64,000 bases of DNA from Octopus vulgaris. Lineage: Eukaryota. Shown in pieces: positions 28,748 through 43,139 of the stretch. Both the position numbers and the translations under genes were made by a program. The stretch's first letter is position 1. Each line of letters begins with the position of its first letter. The notes beneath the pieces are model-generated. The model was not told where the DNA came from, searched no databases, and was given only the letters and a program-made list of their open reading frames with translations. The stretch covers positions 171,802,001-171,866,000 of the forward strand of contig OX597816.1 of NCBI GenBank assembly GCA_951406725.2. The letters are read 5' to 3'.

Positions 28748-28900
28748 CATACAAACATACATACATACATACAAACATACATACATACATGCATACATAC
28801 ATACAAAGATACATACATGCATACATGCATTCATACATGCATACATACATACATACATACATACATACATACATACATACATACATACATACATGTGTAT
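28520..28900. repeat. Compound (CT)n(TA)n(CATA)n microsatellite
   Basis: Read directly from the sequence. Confidence 0.95.
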
Positions 28901-29620
28901 ATGTTTGTGTGATATTTCCTCTTCAAAGACAAAATATCTTGTGATGTTTTGTAACTTTAATGCATTAAAAGACGTTAACCAATGTGCTAAGAAAGAGATA
29001 AGAATACAAGCTTACCAACTCATTATTTTTATTGTATTATTTACCTTAGAACCCATTAGGCGATGCATTTCCGTCTTTATTTAACGCAATTCATAGTTAA
29101 ATATTCATTTCAAAATAAGAGATGCTTGATTCTCTTGTAAATCTCTAATTTTTTCTTTTCAATCTGTAATTGTCATCTGCAAGAATTCACACTATATTAC
29201 GGAAAAGTTACTAGAAAGCATTGCAGGGCAATTGCCCGAAACGTCAAACCTCTTCTCTTCTTCACAACAAACTGATTCCAAAGGCGAATTCATGGAATGT
29301 ACCTACATTCAACTACCGTGAGGAGTGGAAAGTCTAAAGTTATGGGTCCTTACTTTTCTACAGAAAGTAGAGTATGATGAAGGTGCTGTGATACCGTGAA
29401 GCTTCTTTTTAATTAATTGTAAATTTAATTGTAAATTTAATTGTAAATTTAATTAATTGTAAATTTGAATTTATCATTCTCCAATACAGCGAGTTTAGAA
29501 AATCGTTGATGCGTCGGACAAAATGCTTGATGGTATTTCTTCCAGTTCTTTACCTTCTGGGCTCAAACTCCGCTAAAGGTCAGTTTTACCTTTCATTCTC
29601 TCAGAACCAATAGAATGCTA

Positions 29621-29699
29621 TTTTCTCAGACATTGTATATCTTGGATAGAGGTCCTTACCTTAAGGACCTCTGTCCAAGATATACAATGTCTGAGAAAA
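29621..29699. repeat. Near-perfect 79-bp palindrome (38-bp arms, 3-nt loop)
   Basis: ttttctcagacattgtatatcttggatagaggtcctta-cct-taaggacctctgtccaagatatacaatgtctgagaaaa, one mismatch. Confidence 0.9.
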
Positions 29700-29717
29700 A
29701 GATTAACAAAAAAATTT

Positions 29718-29881
29718 GGCAGTAGGAACGGCTGTGTGATAAGTAGCTTCCTTACGAACCACATGGTTTCGGGTTCAGTCCCACTGCGTGACACCTTGGG
29801 CAAGTGTCTTCTACTATAGCCTCGGGCCGACCAAAGCCTTGTGAGTGGATTTGGTAGACGGAAACTGAAAGAGGTCCGTCG

Positions 29882-29930
<49 letters not shown>

Positions 29931-29954
29931 GCGTGTGCGTGTGTGTGTGTGCGT

Positions 29955-29987
<33 letters not shown>

Positions 29988-30076
29988 CGTGTGTGTGTTT
30001 GTTTGTTTGTGTGTCTGTGTTCATTCCCCCAACATCGCTTGACAACCGATGCTGGTGTGTTTACATCCCCGTAACT
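29718..30076 (+). mobile_element. SINE family 1, 3'-truncated
   Basis: Head, core and internal (TG)n are present. Confidence 0.85.
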
Positions 30077-30672
30077 CAAATATTGAACTCAGTTCATGGA
30101 TCTTCCGTACCTTTGCAGACCCCAAGAGTTAGATGACCATTGTTTGAGAACTACTGATCTGGAACTACGTTTTCCAATGTATCCTTCTTTTTCAAGACAG
30201 TAAGTTGTAATTTGTTATCGATTTGGGATACTATTGCAATCAGGTCGAATGGTCACGTAGAGATTCATTACTGGCTTGTTTCAATCGTATTTTAATACAG
30301 AACAATTATTTTAAATGTTGCTCTTTATCCACAATTCTATGATCAAAGACGTCACAACTGTAACCATCCTTTTTTTTTTTTCTTTTTTCAAACATATTCT
30401 ATTCAGAAACACAATATCAAACCTCTATTTTTCCTTTATCAAAATCGTGTGATATGAAGGATACTTGGTTGCTATCTCTAGCAGGTCAGATGACTGTATA
30501 CAAGCTGCCTCATAGATTAATACCGTTTCAAAGTATCAAGCTACAACATGATCTCCGGCTGTGATTGAGGAAAGGTTCTGAGCAATGTTGAGAATTCAAC
30601 TACCCAAAAATAAATATCAGTTTCACATTCATTTACCAATATTATAAAATTTTTAGTTGCAGTCTTGTTGCA

Positions 30673-30826
30673 TAGGCGCAGGAGTGGCTGTGTAGCAAGT
30701 AACTTGCTTCCCAACCACATGGTTCTGGGTTCATTCCCACTTCGGAAAGTGTCTTCTACTATAGCCTCGGGCCGTCCAAAGCCTTGTGAATGGATTTGGT
30801 AGACGGAAACTGAAAGAATCCCGTCG

Positions 30827-30862
<36 letters not shown>

Positions 30863-30896
30863 TGTATGTATGTATGTATGTATGTATGTATGTATG

Positions 30897-30932
<36 letters not shown>

Positions 30933-30944
30933 TGTATGTATGTA

Positions 30945-30987
<43 letters not shown>

Positions 30988-31170
30988 TTGTGTGTCTGTG
31001 TTTGTCCCCGATGGTGGTGTGATTACGTCCCAGTAACTTAGCGGCTCAGCAAAAGAGACCGATAGAATAAGTACTAGGCTTCCAAAGAATAAGTCCTGGG
31101 GTCGATTTGCTCGACTAAAGGCGGTGCTCCAGCATGGCCGCAGTCAAATGACTGAAACAAGTAAAAGAGT
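30673..31170 (+). mobile_element. SINE family 1, full length
   Basis: Matches the family consensus. Confidence 0.9.
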
Positions 31171-31232
31171 CTAGACTCATTGGACCCAATTACCGACATG
31201 CATGTATGTATGTATGTATGTATGTATGTATG

Positions 31233-31263
<31 letters not shown>

Positions 31264-31288
31264 GTATGTATGTATGTATGTATGTATG

Positions 31289-31319
<31 letters not shown>

Positions 31320-32137
31320 TGTATGTATGTATGTATGTATGTATGTATGTATGTATGTATGTATGTATGTATGTATGTAGTGCTAGAAACTACACCTTAA
31401 ATTGCACCTTGAGCTAATAATCAAGATTCTTATCGAATCCTGACAGGAAGAGGCTTGGCAAAACTTTATCAGTCATACAATGAATATGGATTTAGGTGGG
31501 GACCCTGACTGGCGATTGACTTATTTTCTTCTTGACGATTCATTTAAAAATACCCGTTTAGTAAAAAAACAAATTGTGTTTATGTTCAGCTAACTGATTG
31601 TTATATTTTGTATTACACTAAAATGTGTTAAATGTTGCGTGAAAATCTCTTGATGTTTCTTCTTATTCTTTTTTATGATGTTTTAAGGGTTTGGGCAAAA
31701 GGAAAGGCGTTGTGGCCATGACCTTTTCAAATACTTTGAGAAATAAGATAGTGATGCTGTTGATGGATGATTTTAACTTCTGTGAGGTGAAGGCTGAATG
31801 AGGGTAGGGATTTCCAGGGAGATGGTACTGGAGAAGGAAGATTGGGTACGGTCCTTATAAAGGAGAACATCACATTGCTTATCTAGGGATTTCGTCGTCA
31901 AAGTTCAAATCAAGATTCCAGTCCTTTTTGAAATTTGGCAACGAAGGATCGGGCGACTTTCAGGAAGCGAGCTATCTCTGTGTCACTATGTAGCGTGCCT
32001 TTTCATTGCTGATGCCTAATATTGTTTATTTGAAAAGTAAGATAAAAAAAACAGTTAGAAGAAAGAGCTACCCTCAAAAAACTGTAACTCCCTCCCTCTC
32101 TCTTTCTCTCCCTCTCTTTCGCTCTCCCTCTCTTTCA

Positions 32138-32170
<33 letters not shown>

Positions 32171-32224
32171 GCTGTATATGTATATATATATATATATATG
32201 TATGTATATATATATATATATATA

Positions 32225-32443
32225 TACTCTTTACTCTTTTACACTTTTACTTGTTTCAGGCATTTGATGGTGGCCATGCTGGAGCACTGGCTTTTAGGCG
32301 AGCAAATCGACCCCAGAACTTATTCTTTGTAAGCCCAGTACTTATTCTATCGGTCTCTTTTGCCGAACCGCTAGGTGACGGAGACGTAAACACACCAGCA
32401 GCAGTTGTCAAGCAATGCTAGGGGGACAAACACAGACACACAA

Positions 32444-32476
<33 letters not shown>

Positions 32477-32625
32477 CATATATACGACAGGCTTCTTTCA
32501 GTTTCCGTCTACCAAATCCACTCACAAGGCTTTGGTCGGCCCGAGGCTATAGTAGAAGACACTTGCCCAAGATGCCACGCAGTGGGACTGAACCCGGAAC
32601 CATGTGGTTCGTTAGCAAACTACCA
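32225..32625 (-). mobile_element. SINE family 1
   Basis: Reverse-complement match with the 5' tip missing. Confidence 0.9.
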
Positions 32626-32912
32626 TATATAAAACATGCACATAATACATACATGAATATTTATAAACATACTTACAGGGACAAATGCATACATACATAC
32701 ACTAAAGGGACATAGATTAGTAGGTAGGTATATAGGAAGGTCAGTTTCTAAATAGTGTAAAAGTTTTCAGCAAGTGTCAATACAAAGCTTTTGAAATATT
32801 TATTCTAATATTTTAACCCAACAAATATTCATCATCAGGCAGTTATTTCTATAGGTTTTCTAAGTCAGGCACCGCACCTCCTGTACATAACATTCAGTAT
32901 AATGACACATGT

Positions 32913-33304
32913 GGAGGCGCAATGGCCTGGTGGTTAGGGCAGCGGACTCGCGGTCGTAGGATCGCGGTTTCGATTCCCAGACCGGGCGTTGTGAGTGTTT
33001 ATTGAGCGAAAAACACCTAAAGCTCCACGAGGCTCCGACAGGGGATGGTGGTGATCCCTGCTGTACTCTTTCACCACAACTTTCTCTCACTCTTACTTCC
33101 TGTTTCTGTTGTACCTGTATTTCAAAGGGCCGGCCTTGTCACTCTCTGTGTCACGCTGAATATCCCCGAGAACTACGTTAAGGGTGCACGTGTCTGTGGA
33201 GTGCTCAGCCACTTACACGTTAATTTCACGAGCAGGCTGTTCCGTTGATCGGATCAACCGGAACCCTCGTCGTCGTAACCGACGGAGTGCTTCCATTCCA
33301 TTCC
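32913..33304 (+). mobile_element. SINE family 2, full length
   Basis: Near-identical to 9149-9537, with a (ttcca)n tail. Confidence 0.92.
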
Positions 33305-33442
33305 AATATAAAACCAAAAAGGAAATATTCAATTTATATCTTAGAAGATATAAATTGCTAGAAATAAGAATTTTAAAAAAAAGCACATTTTCATATACTG
33401 ACAGGGGAGATAACCGTTACATATGCGAAGCCAGATCACTAA

Positions 33443-33485
33443 ACTAGAGTAGTTTCGCCTGTTAAATTGCAGGCTCGTCAGTAGC
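33443..33485 (-). ncRNA. Type-I hammerhead ribozyme motif with canonical core
   Basis: gcta CTGACGA gcctg-caatttaa-caggc GAAA ctac TC tagt: perfect 5-bp stem II, 4-bp stem I and minimal stem III. Confidence 0.75.
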
Positions 33486-33614
33486 GACCACTCCATCGCC
33501 AAATGGTTTGGCTAAATCCAGGCGGTCAGTTTTATATTGCCTATAGCTGCTTTCAATATTTTGTAATTTTCACGTAAGCATTTCGCTAAATCAGCCATAA
33601 ATTTATATGATAAA

Positions 33615-34009
33615 CAAGCAGTATCGCCCGGCGTTGCTCGGGTTTGTAAGGGAAATAACTATATAAGCATTTTTAGAGAGTTATAGCCAATAAATAGCAA
33701 AAAAAGCATTAAAATGGAAAAAAAATGATGGTAAATTTTTTTTAAATCGTTGACTCATCGTAGACATTATAAGAGAGTAACTTCCCTTATATAATAGCGA
33801 AAAAATGCATTAAAATGGAAAAAAATTATGGTAATTTTTTTTTTAAATCGTAGACTCATCGTAGACGCGCGCTAATAACCAGAAGGGCTCGATATGAATC
33901 ACGACTATAAGATACCCGGTTTTGGTTAAACTGCACCGCAAAATGTGGGAGTAGTTAGGAATCTAAATCGTAGGAGACAGACACACAACCTCTCTTTTAT
34001 ATATAAAGA
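33615..34009 (-). mobile_element. Non-autonomous Helitron
   Basis: Reverse complement of 26216-26613, with the terminal CTAG mutated. Confidence 0.9.
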
Positions 34010-34337
34010 TATATATATACTAACAGTCTGGATTTAGCCTGTCAGTAAATGAAAATGTGCTCCCTCGCAGCTGTAAGGGTTTTAACTGTTATTTCTAGCA
34101 ATATAAGAGCTACCCGGCACCCTCAGTCGCAATTAGCGACAATTGAATTTTTTACTTTTTGGAGGCACCTCGTTAGGTCGGAAAAATATACACACACAAT
34201 AATATTGAGTAAATATCAAACTTGGTACATAAGTAGCGGACGAATAATATTCTTGCAGTGTATGTAAACAAATTAGACCTAGCTGGGTGAAGAAATCAGC
34301 TCTTGAGCTCTTCAGACATGTATTGTTACTCATTTAT

Positions 34338-34339
<2 letters not shown>

Positions 34340-34371
<32 letters not shown>

Positions 34372-34567
34372 GGCGGGCGTGTGTGTGTGTGTGTGTATGT
34401 ATGTGTGTGCGCGACCAGATTTCACCGAGTTTCCGTGTCTGCCAAATTCACTCAGAATACGTTGTTCGGCCCGGGCTATTATAGAAGACATTTGCCGTGC
34501 AATAGGACTGAACCCGAAAATACCTGGTTGCAAAGTTGACCATCTTAACCACATAGCCATTCCTGCG
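34340..34567 (-). mobile_element. SINE family 1, old diverged head
   Basis: ggactgaacccgaa, tagaagacatttgcc and accacatagccattcctgcg. Confidence 0.65.
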
Positions 34568-34642
34568 GTCTACATCTATGAAAGAAGACAGCATGGGAAT
34601 GAGAACCAAGTTTAAACACGTTTTCCATTTTCTATTCCCTAA

Positions 34643-35124
34643 TCTTTATATGTAAAAGTAAGGTTGTGTGTCTGTCTCCTACGATTTAGATTCCTAACTA
34701 CTCCCACATTTTGCGGTGCGGGTATCTTATAGTCGTGATTCATATCGAGCCCTTCTGGGTATTAGCGCGCGTCTACGATGAGTCTACGATTTAAAAAAAA
34801 ATTTACCATCATTTATTTCCATTTTAATGCATTTTTTCGCTATTATATAAGGGAAGTAACTCTCTAAAAATGTCTACGATGAGTCAACGATTTAAAAAAA
34901 AATTACCATCATTTTTTTCCATATTAATGCATTTTTTTCGCTATTATATAAGGGAAGTAACTCTCTAAAAATGTCTACGATGAGTCAATGATTTAAAAAA
35001 AAATTTACCATAATTTTTTTCCCATTTTTAATGCATTTTTTTGCTTTTTTGGCTATAACTCTCTAAAAATGCTTATATAGTTATTTCCCTTACAAATCCG
35101 AGCAACGCCGGGCGATATTGCTAG
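34643..35124 (+). mobile_element. Non-autonomous Helitron with three internal tandem units
   Basis: a|TC...hairpin...CTAG|t. Confidence 0.92.
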
Positions 35125-35225
35125 TAAAGCATATAAATAAACTGTGAAAGTATTTTTATATAGATATGCGCGTGCATTTTCACACACGTAGCGGTTTCAT
35201 TTTCAGAATGCTTCGCTATTCATTA

Positions 35226-35302
<77 letters not shown>

Positions 35303-35398
35303 CGTGTGTGTGTGTGTGTGTGTGTGTTTCTTTTTTTCTCGTAAATTTCTTTCTTATCCCTGAGTGCCACCTTTTTGCTTTATAAAATGTTTAAATGT

Positions 35399-35458
<60 letters not shown>

Positions 35459-36295
35459 GTACATATATATGTATGTATACGTGCATAACATACATACAAT
35501 GGTCAGATGTTTTACTAAGTGTTTTAAATTAGTTTTGTCTCCGGCTATTAGGCTCATCACTTGACAAATTACGCGATGAAGGAGTCACAAAGTAAATATT
35601 TCAGAGCTGGGTGGTGCAGGAAATTGGAACTCTTAAAAGAATCAGCAATTCAGATGACAACATTATCAAATACGTTGATATTAAATTAACTGCAACTACG
35701 AAGATTGAAACAAGTTCAAAATCTTGCACGTCTGAATCGTTGTCTGTGAGATCGATTTTGCATTTCAGTTCCCCAAAGGTCGATAAAGTACATACCAGCG
35801 GTCAATTATAAAACAATTTCATGCAATATATATATTGCGGCAAGACACACTTTTTTGTCTCTCTGTAGCCCTAAGGCTTTCTTCTAACACCAGCTCAAAA
35901 TATTTACTCGTCCTGTCGAAAAGACGCTTGTCTGTGACGTCCTGTTTTTGTTGTTATTATTATTATCATTATTGTTTTTACGTATTTTGTATTTTTATTC
36001 GTGTTATCATTATTGTTTTTACGTATTTTTGTATTTTTATTCGTGTAACATCGTCCGTTTTTCCGTCCTTGTTTTGTATACATTCGAGGCTTTCTTCCAA
36101 GGAATCTAATGCGCTTGGCTTAGATTTTCCTTTGGGGCTGGCCAGATCGGAGCAATCTCAAGATTAATCAGCCGAAATTGCGAAGATGATCCGGTTCTTG
36201 ACTGAAGATTGAAGGCTTCGAATGTCCCGTCCGTGTTTTTTGTATCGTCTTCTAAATGTTTGACGTTCTTGTCCCAGTTTGTATTGTTTTACATT

Positions 36296-36337
<42 letters not shown>

Positions 36338-36344
36338 ATAACAA

Positions 36345-36925
36345 TATAATAAATAAAACATATGCATATATACATACATATATGTACATACTTACATCTA
36401 TATGTATATATACATGCATATATGAGTACAGGACACCACAAATAAACGTAGAACACAACGAGAAACGAAAACATAAAATCAAACAAGGAAACGGACTTTC
36501 TTTAACAACGAAAAAACAGAGTACAGGACAAACAATACAAGGAAAATTCCCCTTCATCAGCTACCCCTAGTTCGACTCAATGCGTGTTTCGAAGGTAAGG
36601 GCAGAACACGACCCGACCGAAGAGTCCTTTCTGCAAAAGGAATTAAGTAAAATTCTTTTGCAGAGGGGTAAAACAAGTGACAAGAACAGGACGTAAAAGC
36701 AATACAAATGAAGAAAAAACAGTACAAAAAACAGTACAAATAAAGAATAACAGAACAAGGAAACCAACAATAAGGGCTTTTTAAGCCTAGACGGTGGAAA
36801 AATTCGTTAGAACGCATGTGAAAAATTGGCTTGCGGAAGACAGAAGAAGTCGATGTTGGTTTGTTGAAAGCACGGGCAGAAAGAAAGTTTAGTAGCACTC
36901 CGGTCAACGGCCAGAGAGAGGAGGA

Positions 36926-36930
<5 letters not shown>
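36345..36930 (-). mobile_element. Probable PLE 3' terminal remnant, homologous to 14700-14985
   Basis: Shared sequence with 14700-14985, an extra hairpin at 36626-36668, and proximity to (TA)n. Confidence 0.55.
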
Positions 36931-37018
<88 letters not shown>

Positions 37019-37122
37019 ATATATAAGATCATAAAAGTTGAAGCAAACCAAATGACCTTCTGCTTAATCAAAAAAAAAAAATAGTTTTGGGAATCCATTT
37101 TTTAAAAGCGTTAAATAAACTA

Positions 37123-37263
37123 TTAGGTTGTCCCAAAAGTTCGTAAACACTTGCGAAAATTGAATTTTTACTTGCCAAGTACTAACAAAAACAACAAAAA
37201 TTATTCCTCAAAATAAAGACCATTATTTTCCAAGACTTTCTACGAACTTTTGGGACAACCTTA
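37123..37263. mobile_element. Tc1/mariner-type MITE, 141 bp
   Basis: 23-bp TIR ttaggttgtcccaaaagttcgta / tacgaacttttgggacaacctta, with TA on both sides. Confidence 0.85.
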
Positions 37264-37739
37264 TATTATATTTATTCTGCTGAATCTTGAGGCTATCCTC
37301 CTCCTCCGTGGTCTTATTCTTCGTCGTCTTGTTTAACACCAAGTTAACCGTAATCTGGTTCAAAGTCATTGTTCAAAGTCTTTCCAGCCGTGACTACCAC
37401 GTCTTTATCCTATGCTCAAGTTACCCAGGACCACATTACGTAACAAGTCCTTTTCTAAGAAATTAGGCTAAAATTTTGAAGAACATTTGGCAACTATTTC
37501 TAACAGGTCGTGCAACCACATACAACCATACTCGCTCGGTCTTGTTGACGCCAACTAAAAAAAGTGTAGAAATAGGAAACGTACTGAAAAGCGCTTAACT
37601 GATTATCGTCAAAGCCATTCAATCGGAAATAAATGCATCAGAAAAAGGAGTGTCTTGATAGAATTAAATTACTTAATTATTACTGTCGAACATTCACGTG
37701 CGCGCGCACCCACACACAAATATACATACATATGTACGT

Positions 37740-38318
<579 letters not shown>

Positions 38319-38333
38319 ATATATACATAGATG

Positions 38334-38396
<63 letters not shown>

Positions 38397-38456
38397 ACAC
38401 ACAAACACAAACACAGTATGTGCGTGTGTATATATGTGTTGGCATGTATGTTGGAT

Positions 38457-38674
38457 CTTTCTTTTAGTCTTACTTTTACTTATTTCAGTCATTTGACTGC
38501 GGCCATGCTGGAGCACTGCCTTAAAGGGTGTTAGTCGAAGAAATTGACCCCAGGACTTATTCTTTGTGGGCCTAGTACTTATTCTATCGGGGACATAAAC
38601 ACGCCAACATCGGTTGTCAAACGATGGCGGGGAAGGGGAAACAAACACAGACACACACAAATATATACATATAT

Positions 38675-38736
<62 letters not shown>

Positions 38737-38825
38737 CTTCCACTCACAAGGCTTTGGTAGGCCCGAGGCTATAATAGAAGGCACAAGGGGCCACACAGTG
38801 GAAGTGAACCGAGAACCATGTGCCT
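38457..38825 (-). mobile_element. SINE family 1, diverged and internally deleted
   Basis: Reverse-complement tail and partial head. Confidence 0.8.
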
Positions 38826-38954
38826 ATCTTGTTAAAATTCTTCTAATGAGTCTAACGAGTTGAGGTTTCTTAAATTTTCACCTCATTATTTTTCAAAACA
38901 TACTCTGATGAGGCTTTACAGACGAAAACTGCATCCAATTTATTATTATTATTA

Positions 38955-39014
<60 letters not shown>

Positions 39015-39015
<1 letters not shown>

Positions 39016-39131
39016 TGAGTGAGAGAGCAGTTCATGCCATCAAAGTGACACTGGGGTAAAATATACGAAGCCCAATATACCCATCATGACTACCTGTCTG
39101 ATAAGGGTACACCAGCACATGCATCACAACA
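39015..39131 (-). mobile_element. 3' tip of the (TAA)n-tailed non-coding element (see 58521-59083)
   Basis: Reverse complement of 58967-59083, abutting the (TTA)n tract at 38939-39014. Confidence 0.85.
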
Positions 39132-39177
39132 CATTATGACGCCCTGAATGATATCTTAAATACACAGTCACCGCTAG

Positions 39178-39565
39178 GAGGAGGAAGCACTCCGTCGGTT
39201 ACGATGACGAGGGTTCCGGTTGATCCGAATCAACGGAACAGCCTGCTCGTGAAATTAACGTGTAAGTGGCTGAGCACTCCACAGACACGTGTACCCTTAA
39301 CGTAGTTCTCGGGGATATTCAGCGTGACACAGAGAGTGACAAGGCCGGCCCTTTGAAATACAAGTACAACAGAAACAGGAAGTAAGAGTGAGAGAAAGTT
39401 GTGCTGAAAGAGTACAGCAGGGATCACCACCATCCCCTGCCGGAGCCTCGTGGAGCTTTTAGGTGTTTTCGCTCAATAAACACTCACAACGCCCGGTCTG
39501 GGAATCGAAACCGCGATCCTATGACCGCGAGTCCGCTGCCCTAACCACTGGGCCATTGCGCCTCC
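39178..39565 (-). mobile_element. SINE family 2, full length
   Basis: 16-bp TSD acacagtcaccgctag at 39162-39177 and 39566-39581. Confidence 0.94.
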
Positions 39566-40348
39566 ACACAGTCACCGCTAGACGCTTCGTGAATGAAGTG
39601 ATTTGGGGCCAAACACCAAATATAACTATTAGGCCGTTCGACATGCTAAAAATAGCAAATTCCGTTATATCTCGCTCTACTATCATAAATCGAAAACACA
39701 TTATAGAATGTCACTGTATTACTACATTGACCAGACTATCGGATCTTGTTATACATCACTGGTCACAATGCGCTTCCATTTCTTTCTTGGTCGCACCCTT
39801 CTTTTCCATCTTGATCCAAATCATTTAATTAAATTATTTTCTCCTCGTCATGAAGGCCTTCTTAGTGGCCTTTTGCAATCTCTTGGATACCACTCGGCAA
39901 CTGCATGGGTTCTACATATCTCTCAAGAGATGGGATGGCTACGATTGGGAAGTCTCTTCTTGATACATCTGATACATAAGAATTGATCTGGGGTTAAAAC
40001 AGCTTGCTACCCTAATGCACACACACACTGCATCTCATTTACTTCTCCACTCAATCTAAAATCTTTTTATATAAGAAATCAGTATAGTGGTGAGCTGGTT
40101 GAGTGTCAGCCTCAGTGTCTTGTGATATTGATTTGCCTTAAGGCGGCCTTGTGGCAAAATTTGAAACCGATATTTATTTACTTCTATTTACTTTGCTGTC
40201 TAAATTCTCGTAGGGATCAATTATTCGTTTTATCATTTGGAGACATATAAAATAAAATCCTAGTCAAATACTGGGGTTGATTTAATCGACTAACTCCTCC
40301 CCCACAAAATTTCTTCCCCTATGCTTGGGTTAGAAAAAAAAAGGATTA

Positions 40349-40418
<70 letters not shown>

Positions 40419-40434
40419 AGGAATAAATTCTTCA

Positions 40435-41060
40435 GGCATGGAAGTACCGTCAGCCGGGCTTGACTGAGATGTGCGAAGAACGACGAAACTGTTCTGCACG
40501 CTGTCGTCCAGTGCTCGAGCATTGCTGACTTTACGGCTCGTCACGTGTAAGACAGATCCAGTTATCAGCTGAGTCCACTGTGAAGATCGTCTCGCTGCTG
40601 TCCTTTGACCGGGAAGGGCAGGCAGTGTTTCTTTGTCCGGTGGCCTTAACGAAAGAAGTTGAGGACCAGATTGAAAGTACTGAAGACAGATACTTTTCTC
40701 TTTGACCAAGCCGTCATCACTCTGAAAGGAGAGTGAGGCTAGACAGCGAAGTGCTGCCTCCCAGCAATTTTGTTGGAAAGTGAGTGAATGTTGCAAGAAT
40801 GCTCCGAGAGAACGGACCAACACTAAATATGCTCCAGTAGGTTGAAGGAGGACGATGTGTAGAGGGCACTTGCCCTAATAGTCAATGCGACCGTCGTTTT
40901 GTGGGGTCTCCACGGGCAGCGCTAGGAAGTCCTCCTTTGAGGAAGTTTTATTATCGTTTTTTCTCTTTACATGTTTTATATTATGTCACCCCACATTGTA
41001 TTGTCCTGTACAGTCCCCAATATTTTTGTGAATCCTTAGTGGTTAACAAAGTAAACATTA
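40435..41060 (+). mobile_element. Decayed L1/Tx1-like LINE 3' end
   Basis: Translation ..RCAKNDETVLHAVVQCSSI.. fits the C-terminal CCHC zinc knuckle (C..ET..H....C). The rest is degraded. Confidence 0.5.
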
Positions 41061-41628
41061 TTAACAGGACAGGGGATGGTAGAAACAGAGAGAGTGGCAC
41101 TAATGCGAAGAGATGATTCGTTACGTTATGCGCCAGAGTCAACTTTGCATTTCATCCTGTCAGAATTCCATTTGAGTATTAGTGTTTATTTAATTGACTC
41201 TGCTTCTTCACACCCAAAGGTTAAGTCTTACACCTAGCTTAGAAATCAATATTTCCTCCTGAACTCATGAGAAACCATTAGAACTTGATTCTATTGATGT
41301 GAAAAAATATATGTATAAAATGTAATTTTCGGAACATCCTGGATATCTTTGATGATATTTATGAGTCAGAGTTTATTTGTACTTTGATTTCTTACTTTGG
41401 CACAGGGTTACGATTGCAAATATGTCGTAGGCGAGGTTGTGGTCGACTGAATCCAATCAAATGTACATTCATGCTACTTCGTTCAATGATCATAGAAAAG
41501 CAGAACGCAATACACAACTCTGACAGATTTAAACTTGGAACCTTTTCAGCAAAACGTATTTTGATCTGGTGTCCGGCCATTTAGTCACTCTTATTAATAT
41601 TATAATTGGTTTGTGTGTGTGTGTGTAT

Positions 41629-41697
<69 letters not shown>

Positions 41698-41809
41698 TGT
41701 GTGATACAATCCACACACAGTCCTTCCAAGAAAACTAGACGTTTGTACCATCTGTATGGAAGCAAATATGTTTGTCTTACATGCATTGGAAATAATAATG
41801 GTTGTAAAT

Positions 41810-42012
41810 TTTGATACAAGGCCAGCAATTTCGGGAGAAGGGTTAAGTTGATTACATCGATCCCCAGTGCTCAACCGGTACTTATTTTATGATTCTGAAA
41901 GGATGAATAGCAAAGTCGACCTCAGTGGAATTTGAAATCAGAACGTAAGAACAGACGAACTGACGCTACGCATTTTACCCGGTGTGCTAACGGTTCTGCT
42001 CGCTCGCCGCCT
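41810..42012 (-). mobile_element. SINE family 3
   Basis: Reverse-complement match to 10913-11141: aaaggatgaa..caaagtcgacctc..ggaatttgaa..gctcgccgcc. Confidence 0.82.
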
Positions 42013-43077
42013 TTATGGAAAATGATAATGAAATAAAATTGCAATTATTTCCTGGATGCTCCTTTCATTAACAGATGTGCCAGTTCTGGGTCTTGTAGCT
42101 TCAGAGGAAATAAAATCGAGTAAATTGTCTATTGACTGGTCGACTTGATGCAAGATTGAAGTCATGTGACATATGTATTCTGAAATAAGTCCGCTCCCTG
42201 AGACATTGAATTGTTAGCTTCTATTGATGCAAATGTTACAGTTGAATAATGTTTATGCAATATGGGTATTGAAGAGACTTTAAGTAAGGTGGATACTCTT
42301 GTTTTATTGTAGCTGACAGTCTGCATTTGTGGCATCAGTTTTTGGAACTCTCATCATTTAGCTTTTACTGCGGCAAAATGTTTTGCGTTGCCAACCTGAC
42401 ACAAAATGTTCGTTTCCCACAATAATGTAATTTAATATCCACAGCAATGAATAATAGTTCGTTGTTTGATGTTACATTTGTGTGTGCACGCGCGCGTGTG
42501 TTTCCTAAATATGACTTTAAACAGCGTCTAATGGTGGAACTCTGGTTCAGGAGTTCCAGGGTTTTGAGGAGTGTGGAATCACCTCTTATTCACTGTTGTT
42601 CCCAGGTTTAACTCTGACCGAGTTGTAGCACCTATCAAAGTCCCAGCCATGGGTTAATTAGCATGTTATGAAAGAAACCCCAAGCAAAAACCCTCACTAC
42701 CTTCTGAGTGCCTAAAGAAAGAAAAATGCTGGGGTAATCAGCCTCGACAGCAAATCAAGGAGCAGGTTCTTTCGGGCGATCTGGTGCCCTCTTTCACACA
42801 CTTCCAGTAACTACAGATACGTAACGCTTTTCCAGCTGTGTAAGACAATTCGTTCAGGAGCCGTCTTAGACCTTTAAACCTCTGTGTGCAGTCTTCCATG
42901 GCCAAAGAGTAGGGTCAGATTGTGCAGACTGACATTCGCTTTAAAACTAAGCGCAGGCAGGAAGAAAAGCACTGCTGCGTCAAGGGTCAGTTTACGTATC
43001 CACTTGGGGATATATGCTACTTTTCCTCACGATCCTCAGACATGAAGAAACTGCCACCATATAATGTGTGTGTGTGA

Positions 43078-43109
<32 letters not shown>

Positions 43110-43139
43110 AGAGAGGGAGAGAGAGAGCGCGCATGTACA

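Noticed and set aside
29405-29466. 12-bp minisatellite (ttaattgtaaat)n; also short tandem repeats at 46908-46940, 54398-54432 and 35962-36046
   Set aside because: Ordinary slippage repeats with no further evidence of function.
42500-43060. GC-richer block, possibly an old LINE fragment or exon
   Set aside because: No recognisable motif or open frame with splice support.
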